The notes under the pieces are model-generated. The model was given only the letters and a program-made list of their open reading frames with translations. It was not told the origin of the DNA and made no database searches. DNA of 35,852 nucleotides, taken from assembly GCA_903854075.1 (NCBI GenBank), contig CAINVI010000089.1, positions 1 to 35,852 on the forward strand, read 5' to 3'. Source of the DNA: Candidatus Pollutiaquabacter sp. (GTDB lineage Bacteria; Bacteroidota; Bacteroidia; AKYH767-A; 2013-40CM-41-45). A program made the position numbers and the translations under genes. Within the stretch, counting starts at the first letter, position 1. The number at the start of each line of letters is the position of its first letter. Positions 1 through 8,206 of the stretch are shown one piece after another.

Positions 1-265
1 AGATGCCGGTTAATAGGTGGCTGACATCCAAATCGGTGCCTGAAGCATGTACATCTTCTTCCAACTGACGACTCAGGACTTCACGTCCACTCAGATCGTG
101 TACCTTGACTGTACCTGCAGCGTTGAGCGGAGAAGCGAAAAATACAGACACCAGGCCTTGTGCCGGATTCGGATACAACTGGAAATGGGTATCGTCTGCT
201 TTTAACTTGACAGCGACCACCTCGGAATAAGAAACTGCTCCATCGAAGTCAGTTTGTTTGAGGCG
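1..265. repeat. Direct repeat copy 1 of the CTD-encoding segment (paired with 2547..2811)
   Basis: Base-by-base comparison at offset 2546 gives 6 mismatches in 265 bp (positions 13, 115, 119, 224, 242, 251). Identity collapses at the YYRLKQ codons. Confidence 0.95.
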
Positions 266-2269
266 GTAATAGGAGATTCCGTTTAAAGGATTCGGATCAA
301 CTGTAAGATACATTCTTTCGTAAGTAATCGTTCCGGCGCCTTTTACTTGTTGGACGGGCATAAAATTAATGCCATCCTTACTTCTTTCCACTGTAAAATA
401 ATCGTTATTAGTTTCGGAGGCTGTTGTCCATGCAAGATCTATTACCTCGCCATTGGGCTCTGCGGTAAATGAAATCAACTCTACCGGCAATACGGTACAA
501 TTTAACGAAGCGTTATTCGCCAGCGTCCAATCGAGCGTAAAACCATTGCCACCAGGCGACCAATTATTTACCAACAGGAAATAAGTTTGACCGATGGTTA
601 CATTCAGATTATCCACCCACCCATTGCCACAAACATCTTCACTCAGATCCGCACCATTATTAGCGATGCCGCACGTAGCTGTGTTAGTGGTGAGATTGAG
701 CGGACTGTCCATTCCGGTATTGCCGGTATTAGCAGCATACGAACAACGCACAGGAGAACCCAGTGAATTACAATCAGTGGTCTGATATAATGCAAAATCA
801 TAATCATCAGTAACCGTTACAGGGACAATCCTAAGTCCTAACGTTCCTGATGAGCTTACCACGATTTTATACCAATTAGAATAATTTTCGGAAAGGACAC
901 AACCGGATCCTCCTTCGGAATTTAGTCCAGGCCCTGTACTTGCGTCGGAAAATCCAACATCTGTACAAACAGCGGTCGGATTTCGACAGTCGTTATTATC
1001 CGTTCCACTGGGACCATTGGCACAAGGAACGCAATCAAATGTACACACCCATCCGGCTTGTGTAATGGTTGCATCAGAGGCAAAACGGAACGTTAAGCAG
1101 CCGCTTTGGTCGGTAGAAATATAAGGGCCGTAACCTGCCCGTTGACACGCCTGATAGTTCGAGGCCGTTCCCCATAGTATATCTATGGTTGGACTACCCT
1201 GAGTAGGTCCATCCTGTACATATAACCTATCAGTATAAAACGCATTCTGCACCGGTTGAATATCGACGGACCAAAACGTGGCTCGTAAACAACTTCGTGG
1301 AGTACTCGGACAAAATGTACGATAGTATTGGTTCAGGTTGCTGGAATAATTACCATTAATTCCGCCATCGTCAGTAAATGTTCCGCTACACGTGTTTACC
1401 ATATTGTTCCCAACGTAGGTACGTTGCAGTCCGACTATTGGCGACGTATACGTAGCGGTTGAACTTGGAAGTGGCGCACAATTTTCACAGGAAAAAATGG
1501 CCTGGAAACCTATATCATTTCGGTTTGCATCGGTCTTCCAACGTATTGTCAGGCATCCGGATGTTCCTAAAATAACATTGGGAAGTCCAGCAGATCCATC
1601 AAAATGACCAATCAACGGAGCTGCGGTTGTACTGCCATCCCAAATCGACAGCGAATCGCGAGAATTAAAAGACTTTTCAGCGAATAATAACTGCATGCAT
1701 TTACCCGGCGTGGATGAACAGATAGTTCTAGTAGCCGTAACTCCTCCGGCATGATTTGCAGCGCCACCACCATCATCGTAAATGATGCCACTGCAAGCAT
1801 TAGTAGTTCCGGAAGAACCATTCGTCATGTTGATGATAGAACCGCAACTTCCACAACTGATGTTGGCGGCCCAGCCCGCACGATTGGTGGCAGCATCCGA
1901 GGTGAAATTAATCGTTAAGCACCCCGTAGAAGAAATAATAACCCCGGGTATGGACGTTCCGGAAAATGTACCAATCAAAGGATCCGCCGTACTGTTACCA
2001 TCATAAATGGTTAGCAGATCATTTCCAGCTTGGGTATTGAAAGAGGTAAACGTAAGTATGAGGCAAGAGCCAACTGTTCCGGAGCAAAGCGTCTGCGTAA
2101 TATTTATTCCATTTCCATAATTAGCCGCAGCACCACCCGGATCATACCATGTTCCGGTACATACATTGAGGGTGCCGGACGTCATTGCCTGAGAATATGC
2201 ACAGACATTGGCAACCAGTGTAAAGTATAGTAAAAGAGACCAACGACTCAACCAACCTAACTTTTTCAT
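1..2269 (-). CDS. Secreted T9SS type A cargo protein with three CUB-like domains, a Cys-containing domain, an LPVEL Ig-like module and a sorting domain (3' end runs off the window)
   Basis: Not in the ORF track. Translated by hand from ATG 2269, the frame stays open to base 1 (~756 codons). Signal peptide MKKLGWLSRWSLLLYFTLVANVCAYS-Q; three repeats of C-x-G-x-x-x-D-x-GG...(YDG/WDG/QDG)...GCLT-x-x-(F/W)-x-(S/T)D...G(W/F); then LPVELISFTA...WTTASETNNDYFTVERS...YYRLKQTDFDG...LYPNPA (type A CTD). Confidence 0.9.
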   Translation of the reverse strand, partial: MKKLGWLSRWSLLLYFTLVANVCAYSQAMTSGTLNVCTGTWYDPGGAAANYGNGINITQTLCSGTVGSCLILTFTSFNTQAGNDLLTIYDGNSTADPLIGTFSGTSIPGVIISSTGCLTINFTSDAATNRAGWAANISCGSCGSIINMTNGSSGTTNACSGIIYDDGGGAANHAGGVTATRTICSSTPGKCMQLLFAEKSFNSRDSLSIWDGSTTAAPLIGHFDGSAGLPNVILGTSGCLTIRWKTDANRNDIGFQAIFSCENCAPLPSSTATYTSPIVGLQRTYVGNNMVNTCSGTFTDDGGINGNYSSNLNQYYRTFCPSTPRSCLRATFWSVDIQPVQNAFYTDRLYVQDGPTQGSPTIDILWGTASNYQACQRAGYGPYISTDQSGCLTFRFASDATITQAGWVCTFDCVPCANGPSGTDNNDCRNPTAVCTDVGFSDASTGPGLNSEGGSGCVLSENYSNWYKIVVSSSGTLGLRIVPVTVTDDYDFALYQTTDCNSLGSPVRCSYAANTGNTGMDSPLNLTTNTATCGIANNGADLSEDVCGNGWVDNLNVTIGQTYFLLVNNWSPGGNGFTLDWTLANNASLNCTVLPVELISFTAEPNGEVIDLAWTTASETNNDYFTVERSKDGINFMPVQQVKGAGTITYERMYLTVDPNPLNGISYYRLKQTDFDGAVSYSEVVAVKLKADDTHFQLYPNPAQGLVSVFFASPLNAAGTVKVHDLSGREVLSRQLEEDVHASGTDLDVSHLLTGI

Positions 2270-2487
2270 TTCCTGATAAAAAAATCCAATAGGGTTCTTG
2301 GGATGAAATATTCCTCTAAATAATATCAATTGACTAAGATAGAGGAATAACTGATATTTTAAAATAGGGATTAACGATCAATAAAGAACTTATGTCTCCC
2401 CTCTTTCAAAAGGGCGTTAAGGATCAAAAAATGTAAAAAAAGTGCTTTTAATGATAACTAACCAAGTAGATGACTAGCAAAGGGCGG

Positions 2488-4160
2488 TTATTGGAGCACC
2501 AATCGCTGAGTGGCGATGCTTGTTGGCGTTTGTACCGTTACAAAATAGATGCCGGTTAGTAGGTGGCTGACATCCAAATCGGTGCCTGAAGCATGTACAT
2601 CTTCTTCCAACTGACGACTCAGGACTTCACGTCCACTCAGATCGTGTACCTTGACTGTACTTGCGGCGTTGAGCGGAGAAGCGAAAAATACAGACACCAG
2701 GCCTTGTGCCGGATTCGGATACAACTGGAAATGGGTATCGTCTGCTTTTAACTTGACAGCGACCACCTCCGAATAAGAAACTGCTCCGTCGAAGTCGGTT
2801 TGTTTGAGGCGATAGTAAGAAGTGCCGGGAAAAGGATCACGATCGATGTAGGAATAATTTAATGTCTCGGAAGAATTGCCCGCGCCTTTTTGCGAATGAA
2901 TGGTTTCGAATTCAATGCCGTCACGACTTCGTTCCACAGCAAAAAAATCATTGTTATTTCGGAGGCCGTCGTCCACTCGAGCTTGACTTTGCTATCCTGT
3001 GTAAATGCAGTGAAAGAGGTTAGTTCTACAGGCAGTGGAGATGCTCCAACGAAATAAGGCCAGTAGGCTGTATGATAACAGGAGGCCGGCACAGAGAACG
3101 AATAACAATACGTGTAAGTTTGAAGTGGAACCAGATTAGTAAACGTAAGGTTGCTTAGATTACCGGATTGAACAGTCGTACAACCATTGGGTCCATATAA
3201 CGTCCAGCTAAAGTTGGCCACATTACCCGTACCACAGGTGGAATTAAGAATAACGTTAAAGCTAACCGTGGTGTTTCGTGCTATAAAAGTATAGCACTGA
3301 GTATCCGCTACTGATCCTTCCAGAAAGGGCGTTTGATCATAGGAGGGGCAGCCGGAAGTAACCTGAGCTACCGTTGGTGCAACAGTGAATCCGCAAGCAG
3401 GTCCACAGGCCGAAGTACAACGGTTGCAAACCGGTGTGAAACGATCACCCACTTTGATACAGAATTGAGGCACTACACCACTTGGACCACCTCCGCTAGG
3501 CTGGGCATAGCCCACCTGAATCAAATACGTTGATCCAATTGACAAACCAGAAAGAGTGTTCACTATAATACCATCGCTTGTACCTACAGAGCTATGGTAT
3601 TGACAATTGATTAATCTGGTGGCGGCAGGCGGACATCCGCCCGCGCTATACACTGCACTGGCCCAATTGTTCGGATACCAGGTTGCGCCAGAGCCGTAAA
3701 AAGTTCCGGTCGTATTCAACTGCACGAACATCGTGGTAGATGTTGCCACGAAGGAATACCAAACAGTTTGTGTAAACGCCGTTTGAGCACAGGAAGGCTG
3801 AAGCACTTCGCCTGTCTGGACCGTGCCCTGGTCCGTAGTTCCATTCAAGCAAGCAGCATTCACTGTCAACAGTGTAGCAGATCCACAAGCATCGTTGGTT
3901 GGCGGGGCTACCGCTTGACTGCGCAACATGGAACTTTGAACGGCCTGCGTTTCTTCCGTATTATTTTGATACGCTGAAAGCGGGTGTAATTCTTCGGTGG
4001 TACGGACGACCGGAACAGGCAAAGAATTGTCTTCATTGACAAAAAAGGGCCCTTCAGCGCTAACAGAAAAAGAATAAGCTGACGAAAATGCAGTAAACAC
4101 TGACACCGTCATTAGAATGCAAAACCTTGATATTCAACTAGTAAATTGGGGCATACGCAT
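2488..4160 (-). pseudogene. Disrupted T9SS type A cargo gene (PPTNDAC-type domain, Cys-rich region, LPVEL module, CTD)
   Basis: ORFs 2859..4112 and 2488..2976 join at WTTASE-I-NNDFFAVERS if one A is restored (GAA ATA [A]AC AAT GAT, plus-strand 2954-2955). Upstream and in frame, ATG 4160 gives MRMPQFTS*ISRFCILMTVSVFTAFSSAYS with TGA at 4134-4136. Either lesion could be a sequencing error. Confidence 0.75.
2547..2811. repeat. Direct repeat copy 2 of the CTD-encoding segment
   Basis: About 98% identical to 1..265. Confidence 0.95.
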
Positions 4161-4199
4161 AAAATACGGCAGACACTATGTTTCAGCCAACCGTCTTCC

Positions 4200-4207
4200 C
4201 AAATATA
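4200..4207 (-). promoter_or_regulatory. Bacteroidota sigma70 -7 element for the disrupted T9SS gene
   Basis: TATATTTG on the minus strand (TAnnTTTG consensus), ~40 nt upstream of ATG 4160. Confidence 0.55.
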
Positions 4208-4275
4208 GACTTTTGAGATTATTGTACGGTTAATTATTAGAAAAGTACAATTTTGTATTAGAAATACGCAGGGCG

Positions 4276-6201
4276 CTATTTGTTCGTAAGAACTGGCTCT
4301 CCCACGAGTCGACGGACGGCCTGTTTAATGGCAGCGACATCGAAATGACACTCCGCATACAACTCCTTCTGCTCACCGTGTTCGATAAATTCATCCGGAA
4401 TTCCGAGACGGGTAATGGAGGAGGTATAATTGTTATCAAGCATGAACTCCGCGACCGCCGTTCCAAAGCCACCCTGAATACAACCGTCTTCGACCGTGAT
4501 TACTTTCTTAAACTTTGAAAATACTTCGTGCAATAATTCGGCATCGAGTGGCTTCACAAAACGAATATCATAGTGTGCAGGATTAAATCCTTCTTCCTGT
4601 AATTCAGCACAAGCTTTAACAACGAAATTTCCGGGATGACCAAAGGATAAAATAGCTACTTCTTCCCCATCCTTAATCTTTCGTCCTTTGCCGATCGGCA
4701 GTTTTTTCATCGGCTGTTTCCAGTCGATCATAACACCGTTTCCACGCGGATAACGAATGGAGAACGGAGCATTGGTCTCCGGCAACTGAGCCGTATACAT
4801 AAGATCGCGTAACTCCTCTTCGTTCATCGGAGCCGAAACAATCATATTCGGAATACACCGGAAGTAGGCAATATCGAACGCTCCGTGGTGAGTGGGCCCG
4901 TCGGCACCGGCGAGTCCGCCGCGATCCAGGCAGAAAACCACATGCAAATTCTGCAGGGCAACATCGTGTACCACCTGATCATACGCACGCTGCATGAACG
5001 ACGAATAAATATTACAGAACGGCACCATACCTTGCGTTGCCATTCCGGCGGAGAAGGTCACTGCATGCTGTTCGGCAATACCAACATCAAAGGCGCGTTC
5101 CGGCATCGCTTTCATCATGATATTCATGGACGATCCCGAAGGCATCGCCGGTGTGACTCCGATGATTTTCGGATTCTTCTCGGCTAATTCCACCAACGTA
5201 TGTCCGAAGACATCCTGATATTTCGGAGGTTGCGGAGCAACTACTGCCGGCTTGAAAATTTCGCCGGTAATTTTATCGAACAGCCCTGGCGCGTGCCACT
5301 TGGTCTGGTCTTTTTCAGCAAGTTCATACCCTTTACCTTTCACCGTTAACACGTGAAGGATTTTCGGACCGGGAATATCGCGAAGATCTTTCATCACTTT
5401 GACCAGACGATTCACATCATGACCATCGACAGGTCCGAAATAACGGAAGCGTAAGGATTCAAAGAGATTACTTTGCTGTAGCAAGGTTGTCTTGATTCCA
5501 TTTTCCACTTTCGCCACAATCTCTTGCGCGTTAGGGCCGAACTTGGAAATCTTGCCCAGCATTTTCCAAACTTCGTCTTTGACTTTGTTGTAGGTATGCG
5601 AAGTGGTGATATCGGTAAGGTATTCCTTCAGCGCCCCGACATTCGGGTCGATACTCATGCAATTGTCGTTCAGCACTACCAACAGGTTGGAGTTCTCCAC
5701 ACCGGCATGATTGAGTGCTTCGAAGGCGAGCCCGGCAGTCATAGCTCCATCACCGATTACCGCGATATGCTGTCGATCGGTTTCTCCCTTTAAGCGGGAA
5801 GCAACGGCCATACCCAAGGCGGCAGAAATGGAAGTGGATGAATGTCCTACACCGAACGTATCGAATTCACTTTCGCTGCGCTTGGGAAATCCACTGATGC
5901 CTTTATAGATTCGGTTGGTATGAAAAATGTCGCGACGACCGGTCAGGATTTTATGCCCGTAAGCCTGGTGGCCAACGTCCCAAACCAGCTGATCGTAAGG
6001 AGTTTTGAAAACATAATGTAACGCTACTGTAAGCTCCACAACACCCAAGGAAGCTCCAAAATGGCCTCCGTTTACGGAAACTACATCAATGATAAAGTCG
6101 CGCAGTTCGCGACTCACCTGTTCCAGGTCGCGTTCGGGAAGTTTCCGGAGATCTTCCGGAATCGTAATTCCCTTCAATAGGTTTCCTGGTGTTTGTTCCA
6201 T
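4276..6201 (-). CDS. dxs: 1-deoxy-D-xylulose-5-phosphate synthase
   Basis: Motifs GGHFGASLGVVELTVALH, WDVGHQAYGHK, GDGAMTAG...LNDN (TPP binding), DVGIAEQHAV, DGPTHHG. Start moved to MEQTPG (ATG 6201), just downstream of a TAnnTTTG element. Confidence 0.97.
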   Translation of the reverse strand: MEQTPGNLLKGITIPEDLRKLPERDLEQVSRELRDFIIDVVSVNGGHFGASLGVVELTVALHYVFKTPYDQLVWDVGHQAYGHKILTGRRDIFHTNRIYKGISGFPKRSESEFDTFGVGHSSTSISAALGMAVASRLKGETDRQHIAVIGDGAMTAGLAFEALNHAGVENSNLLVVLNDNCMSIDPNVGALKEYLTDITTSHTYNKVKDEVWKMLGKISKFGPNAQEIVAKVENGIKTTLLQQSNLFESLRFRYFGPVDGHDVNRLVKVMKDLRDIPGPKILHVLTVKGKGYELAEKDQTKWHAPGLFDKITGEIFKPAVVAPQPPKYQDVFGHTLVELAEKNPKIIGVTPAMPSGSSMNIMMKAMPERAFDVGIAEQHAVTFSAGMATQGMVPFCNIYSSFMQRAYDQVVHDVALQNLHVVFCLDRGGLAGADGPTHHGAFDIAYFRCIPNMIVSAPMNEEELRDLMYTAQLPETNAPFSIRYPRGNGVMIDWKQPMKKLPIGKGRKIKDGEEVAILSFGHPGNFVVKACAELQEEGFNPAHYDIRFVKPLDAELLHEVFSKFKKVITVEDGCIQGGFGTAVAEFMLDNNYTSSITRLGIPDEFIEHGEQKELYAECHFDVAAIKQAVRRLVGEPVLTNK

Positions 6202-6218
6202 GTTGGCGGGTTGGTTCA

Positions 6219-6226
6219 CAAATATA
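6219..6226 (-). promoter_or_regulatory. -7 promoter element of dxs
   Basis: TATATTTG on the minus strand, 17 nt upstream of ATG 6201. Confidence 0.65.
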
Positions 6227-6422
6227 GCCAATTTCGAGGGATTGTGGTGAAGTACCGGCTTCGAAATGTTCGTTTTGGGAGCAGAATCAAAGGCCTGCGT
6301 TTGTCCTCCTGAAGAAGTACCTCCGAAAACTCCGTGCGTAACGGCGGCAGGATCCAAGTTATTGCGGCGTTTCATCCCATTAACAACACGATAACACGAA
6401 AAAAGTTTGTCCGGAAAAGGCT

Positions 6423-6560
6423 GAAAAGAGTTGGCCAGCTCTCCAAAGAGAGGGCGCTTCAGGGATTCCCCAAAGCGCCCGTCCCGGCTCCACACGAAAA
6501 CTGACTGATTACTATCGTAACACAACCCGCGGCGGGGCTGCGCAGTAATGGCCTATTCTC
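6423..6560 (-). ncRNA. Structured non-coding RNA, probable Bacteroidota 6S-like RNA (alternatives: sRNA or dxs leader)
   Basis: The ends pair (GAG..GGCCA / UGGCC..CUC). Internal stems: AUUACU/AGUAAU, GCGCAGCCC/GGGUUGUGU, GGGCGCUUUGGGG/CCCUGAAGCGCCC and CUCUC/GAGAG. G-U pairs favour the minus strand. A near-consensus TTGCTTTG lies 4 nt upstream and UUUU lies at the 3' end. The resemblance to the 6S-Flavo 5' end is from memory and unverified. Confidence 0.65.
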
Positions 6561-6586
6561 GGTACAAAGCAAATTACTTTTTCTCT

Positions 6587-6623
6587 ATTTATAAAATCTA
6601 TTTTTTTTATAGTTACATTGATA
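6587..6623. promoter_or_regulatory. Putative OxyR-type binding site between the ncRNA and oxyR
   Basis: CTAT-N7-ATAG at 6598..6612 is the central half of the ATAG-N7-CTAT-N7-ATAG-N7-CTAT consensus. The outer tetramers are degenerate. Confidence 0.4.
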
Positions 6624-6631
6624 GTGTCTAT

Positions 6632-7576
6632 ATGAACCTACAACAACTCCACTACATCGTAGCGGTCGATACCTACCGCCACTTCATTACGGCAGCGGAT
6701 AAATGTCACGTTACGCAAGCCACGTTGAGCAGTATGATACGCAAGCTGGAAGATGAATTGGGTGTTCTATTGTTCGATCGCAGTCGACAGCCGGTGGTGC
6801 CGACCGCTATCGGCGAAAAAATAATTGCACAAGCACGCCGAATTCTGAAAGAAAGCGGACGGATGAAAGAACTCATCGCCGAGGAGAAAGGCATCATTGC
6901 CGGCGTACTGAAAATAGGAATTATTCCAACACTGGCACCCTACCTACTGCCGCTATTTGTTGAGCGTTTTCTGAAAAAATATCCTGCTGTTAAACTCATC
7001 ATCAACGAAGCTAAAACCGCTGAACTGATCCGTCAACTGGAAGCACAGGAGCTGGATGCCGCATTGTTGGCCACACCACTGAATAGTAGTACACTGAAGG
7101 AGTCTCCGCTTTTCCTGGAGCCATTTTCAGTATATGCCTCTGCAGGAGAAACGGTATTGAAGAAAAAGTATGTTCTCGCATCCGACATCGACGTCAACCA
7201 TCTCTGGATGTTACAGGAAGGCCATTGCTTTCGGGACCAGGTGGTGAACTTATGCGCGTTACATAAAAAGGATCCAACAGAAGTATCGCTGGAATTTCAA
7301 GCCGGAAGTTTTGAAACACTGATCAAGATGGTCGATGTGAATTCCGGAATAACCATTCTTCCCGAACTGGCGACAAAAGACCTGCAGCGGAAGCAAAAAA
7401 ATAACCTTCGCCAATTTCGTGCACCAGTTCCCTCCCGCGAAATCAGTTTAGTGACGTATAGACACTTTGTAAAAGAAAAAATGTTGGACGTTTTGCGCAC
7501 CACGATTCTAGAAGCGCTGCCAGCTTCCCTAAAAGTGACCAACAACAAAAACATCACTGCCCTGAAAACCATGTAA
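6632..7576 (+). CDS. oxyR: Hydrogen peroxide-inducible LysR-family regulator OxyR
   Basis: LysR HTH (MNLQQLHYIVAV...VTQATLSSMIRKLEDELG), GIIPTLAPYLLP, and the redox pair LQEGHCFRDQVVNLC (C199/C208 equivalent). Start set at ATG 6632. Confidence 0.92.
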   Translation: MNLQQLHYIVAVDTYRHFITAADKCHVTQATLSSMIRKLEDELGVLLFDRSRQPVVPTAIGEKIIAQARRILKESGRMKELIAEEKGIIAGVLKIGIIPTLAPYLLPLFVERFLKKYPAVKLIINEAKTAELIRQLEAQELDAALLATPLNSSTLKESPLFLEPFSVYASAGETVLKKKYVLASDIDVNHLWMLQEGHCFRDQVVNLCALHKKDPTEVSLEFQAGSFETLIKMVDVNSGITILPELATKDLQRKQKNNLRQFRAPVPSREISLVTYRHFVKEKMLDVLRTTILEALPASLKVTNNKNITALKTM

Positions 7577-7608
7577 ACAAGGAGCACACTTCCTATACTC
7601 TTCGCAGA

Positions 7609-8028
7609 TCAGATTTCACCGGCCTTCAGTAATCTACGAATCAGCCGCCAGTAGGCCTGACCGTAATCGACAAAGACCTCCTCGCCTGCTTTCAATTTAC
7701 GAGTGGTTGCAATAAAACAACGTCTCCCTTTGGTGATGAACTCTGAATTATTCCGGCATCCCGGGGCGCGATTTATGCCGCGAGCATCATTTGCATAACG
7801 ACCAAAAGAGGAACGATAATGTAAGCCGTTGATGGCCCACGAATTATTCAACTTAAAAATATAGCCGTTGTAACCATCTTCATCTTTGACTTCCTTCCAC
7901 GGTTGCAAACGTCCTTTGTATTCTGTCACCCAGCCGCCTTTCGGAATCTCAACCGTAGTAAACAATCCTTTTCCTGCACCGGGAATACGAGAACGTTTGA
8001 TAGCAAGATGGCGAGCGTAAGTTTTCAT
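7609..8028 (-). CDS. SET domain-containing protein (putative lysine methyltransferase)
   Basis: SRIPGAGKGLFT, EYKG, GRYAND, N..F, ATTRKLKAGEEVFVDYG. TATATTTG at 8040..8047 supports the start at ATG 8028. Confidence 0.88.
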   Translation of the reverse strand: MKTYARHLAIKRSRIPGAGKGLFTTVEIPKGGWVTEYKGRLQPWKEVKDEDGYNGYIFKLNNSWAINGLHYRSSFGRYANDARGINRAPGCRNNSEFITKGRRCFIATTRKLKAGEEVFVDYGQAYWRLIRRLLKAGEI

Positions 8029-8206
8029 CGATAGAATGGCAAATATAACCTGCAAGTTGAGAACAGAAAAATTCCCGGGGGCGATTATATGCTTTTCCTT
8101 TCTTCACTGATCAACTCCAAGTCTGCGCAGCGAACTGGGCCTGTTGATTTATCTTTGTAACGGTATACATCTACTATCGACAATGGAAATGCTATCCCAA
8201 CACCCT

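Noticed and set aside
1-2811. Diversity-generating retroelement TR/VR pair (4 of 6 mismatches are A in copy 1 on the plus strand)
   Set aside because: The mismatches are almost all synonymous and mostly transitions on the coding strand, they fall in a sorting domain, and there is no reverse transcriptase in the window.
4134-4136. Alternative genetic code or selenocysteine readthrough of TGA
   Set aside because: TGA, TAG and TAA all terminate conserved genes here (gmk TGA, recO TAG, asnS TAA), and the affected genes also carry frameshifts.
6202-6525. 108-aa N-terminal extension of Dxs in the ORF track
   Set aside because: DXS similarity starts near MEQTPG, a consensus promoter lies at 6219..6226, and the extension overlaps the structured RNA.
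6423-6560. TPP, SAM, cobalamin, FMN or glycine riboswitch, SRP RNA, or tRNA
   Set aside because: The hallmark sequences are absent (no CUGAGA for TPP, no GGAAGG-AGCAGC SRP loop, no tRNA cloverleaf with a T-loop).
6548-6631. Longer OxyR start at 6548
   Set aside because: The LysR HTH begins at MNLQQL (6632); the extra segment is AT-rich promoter DNA.
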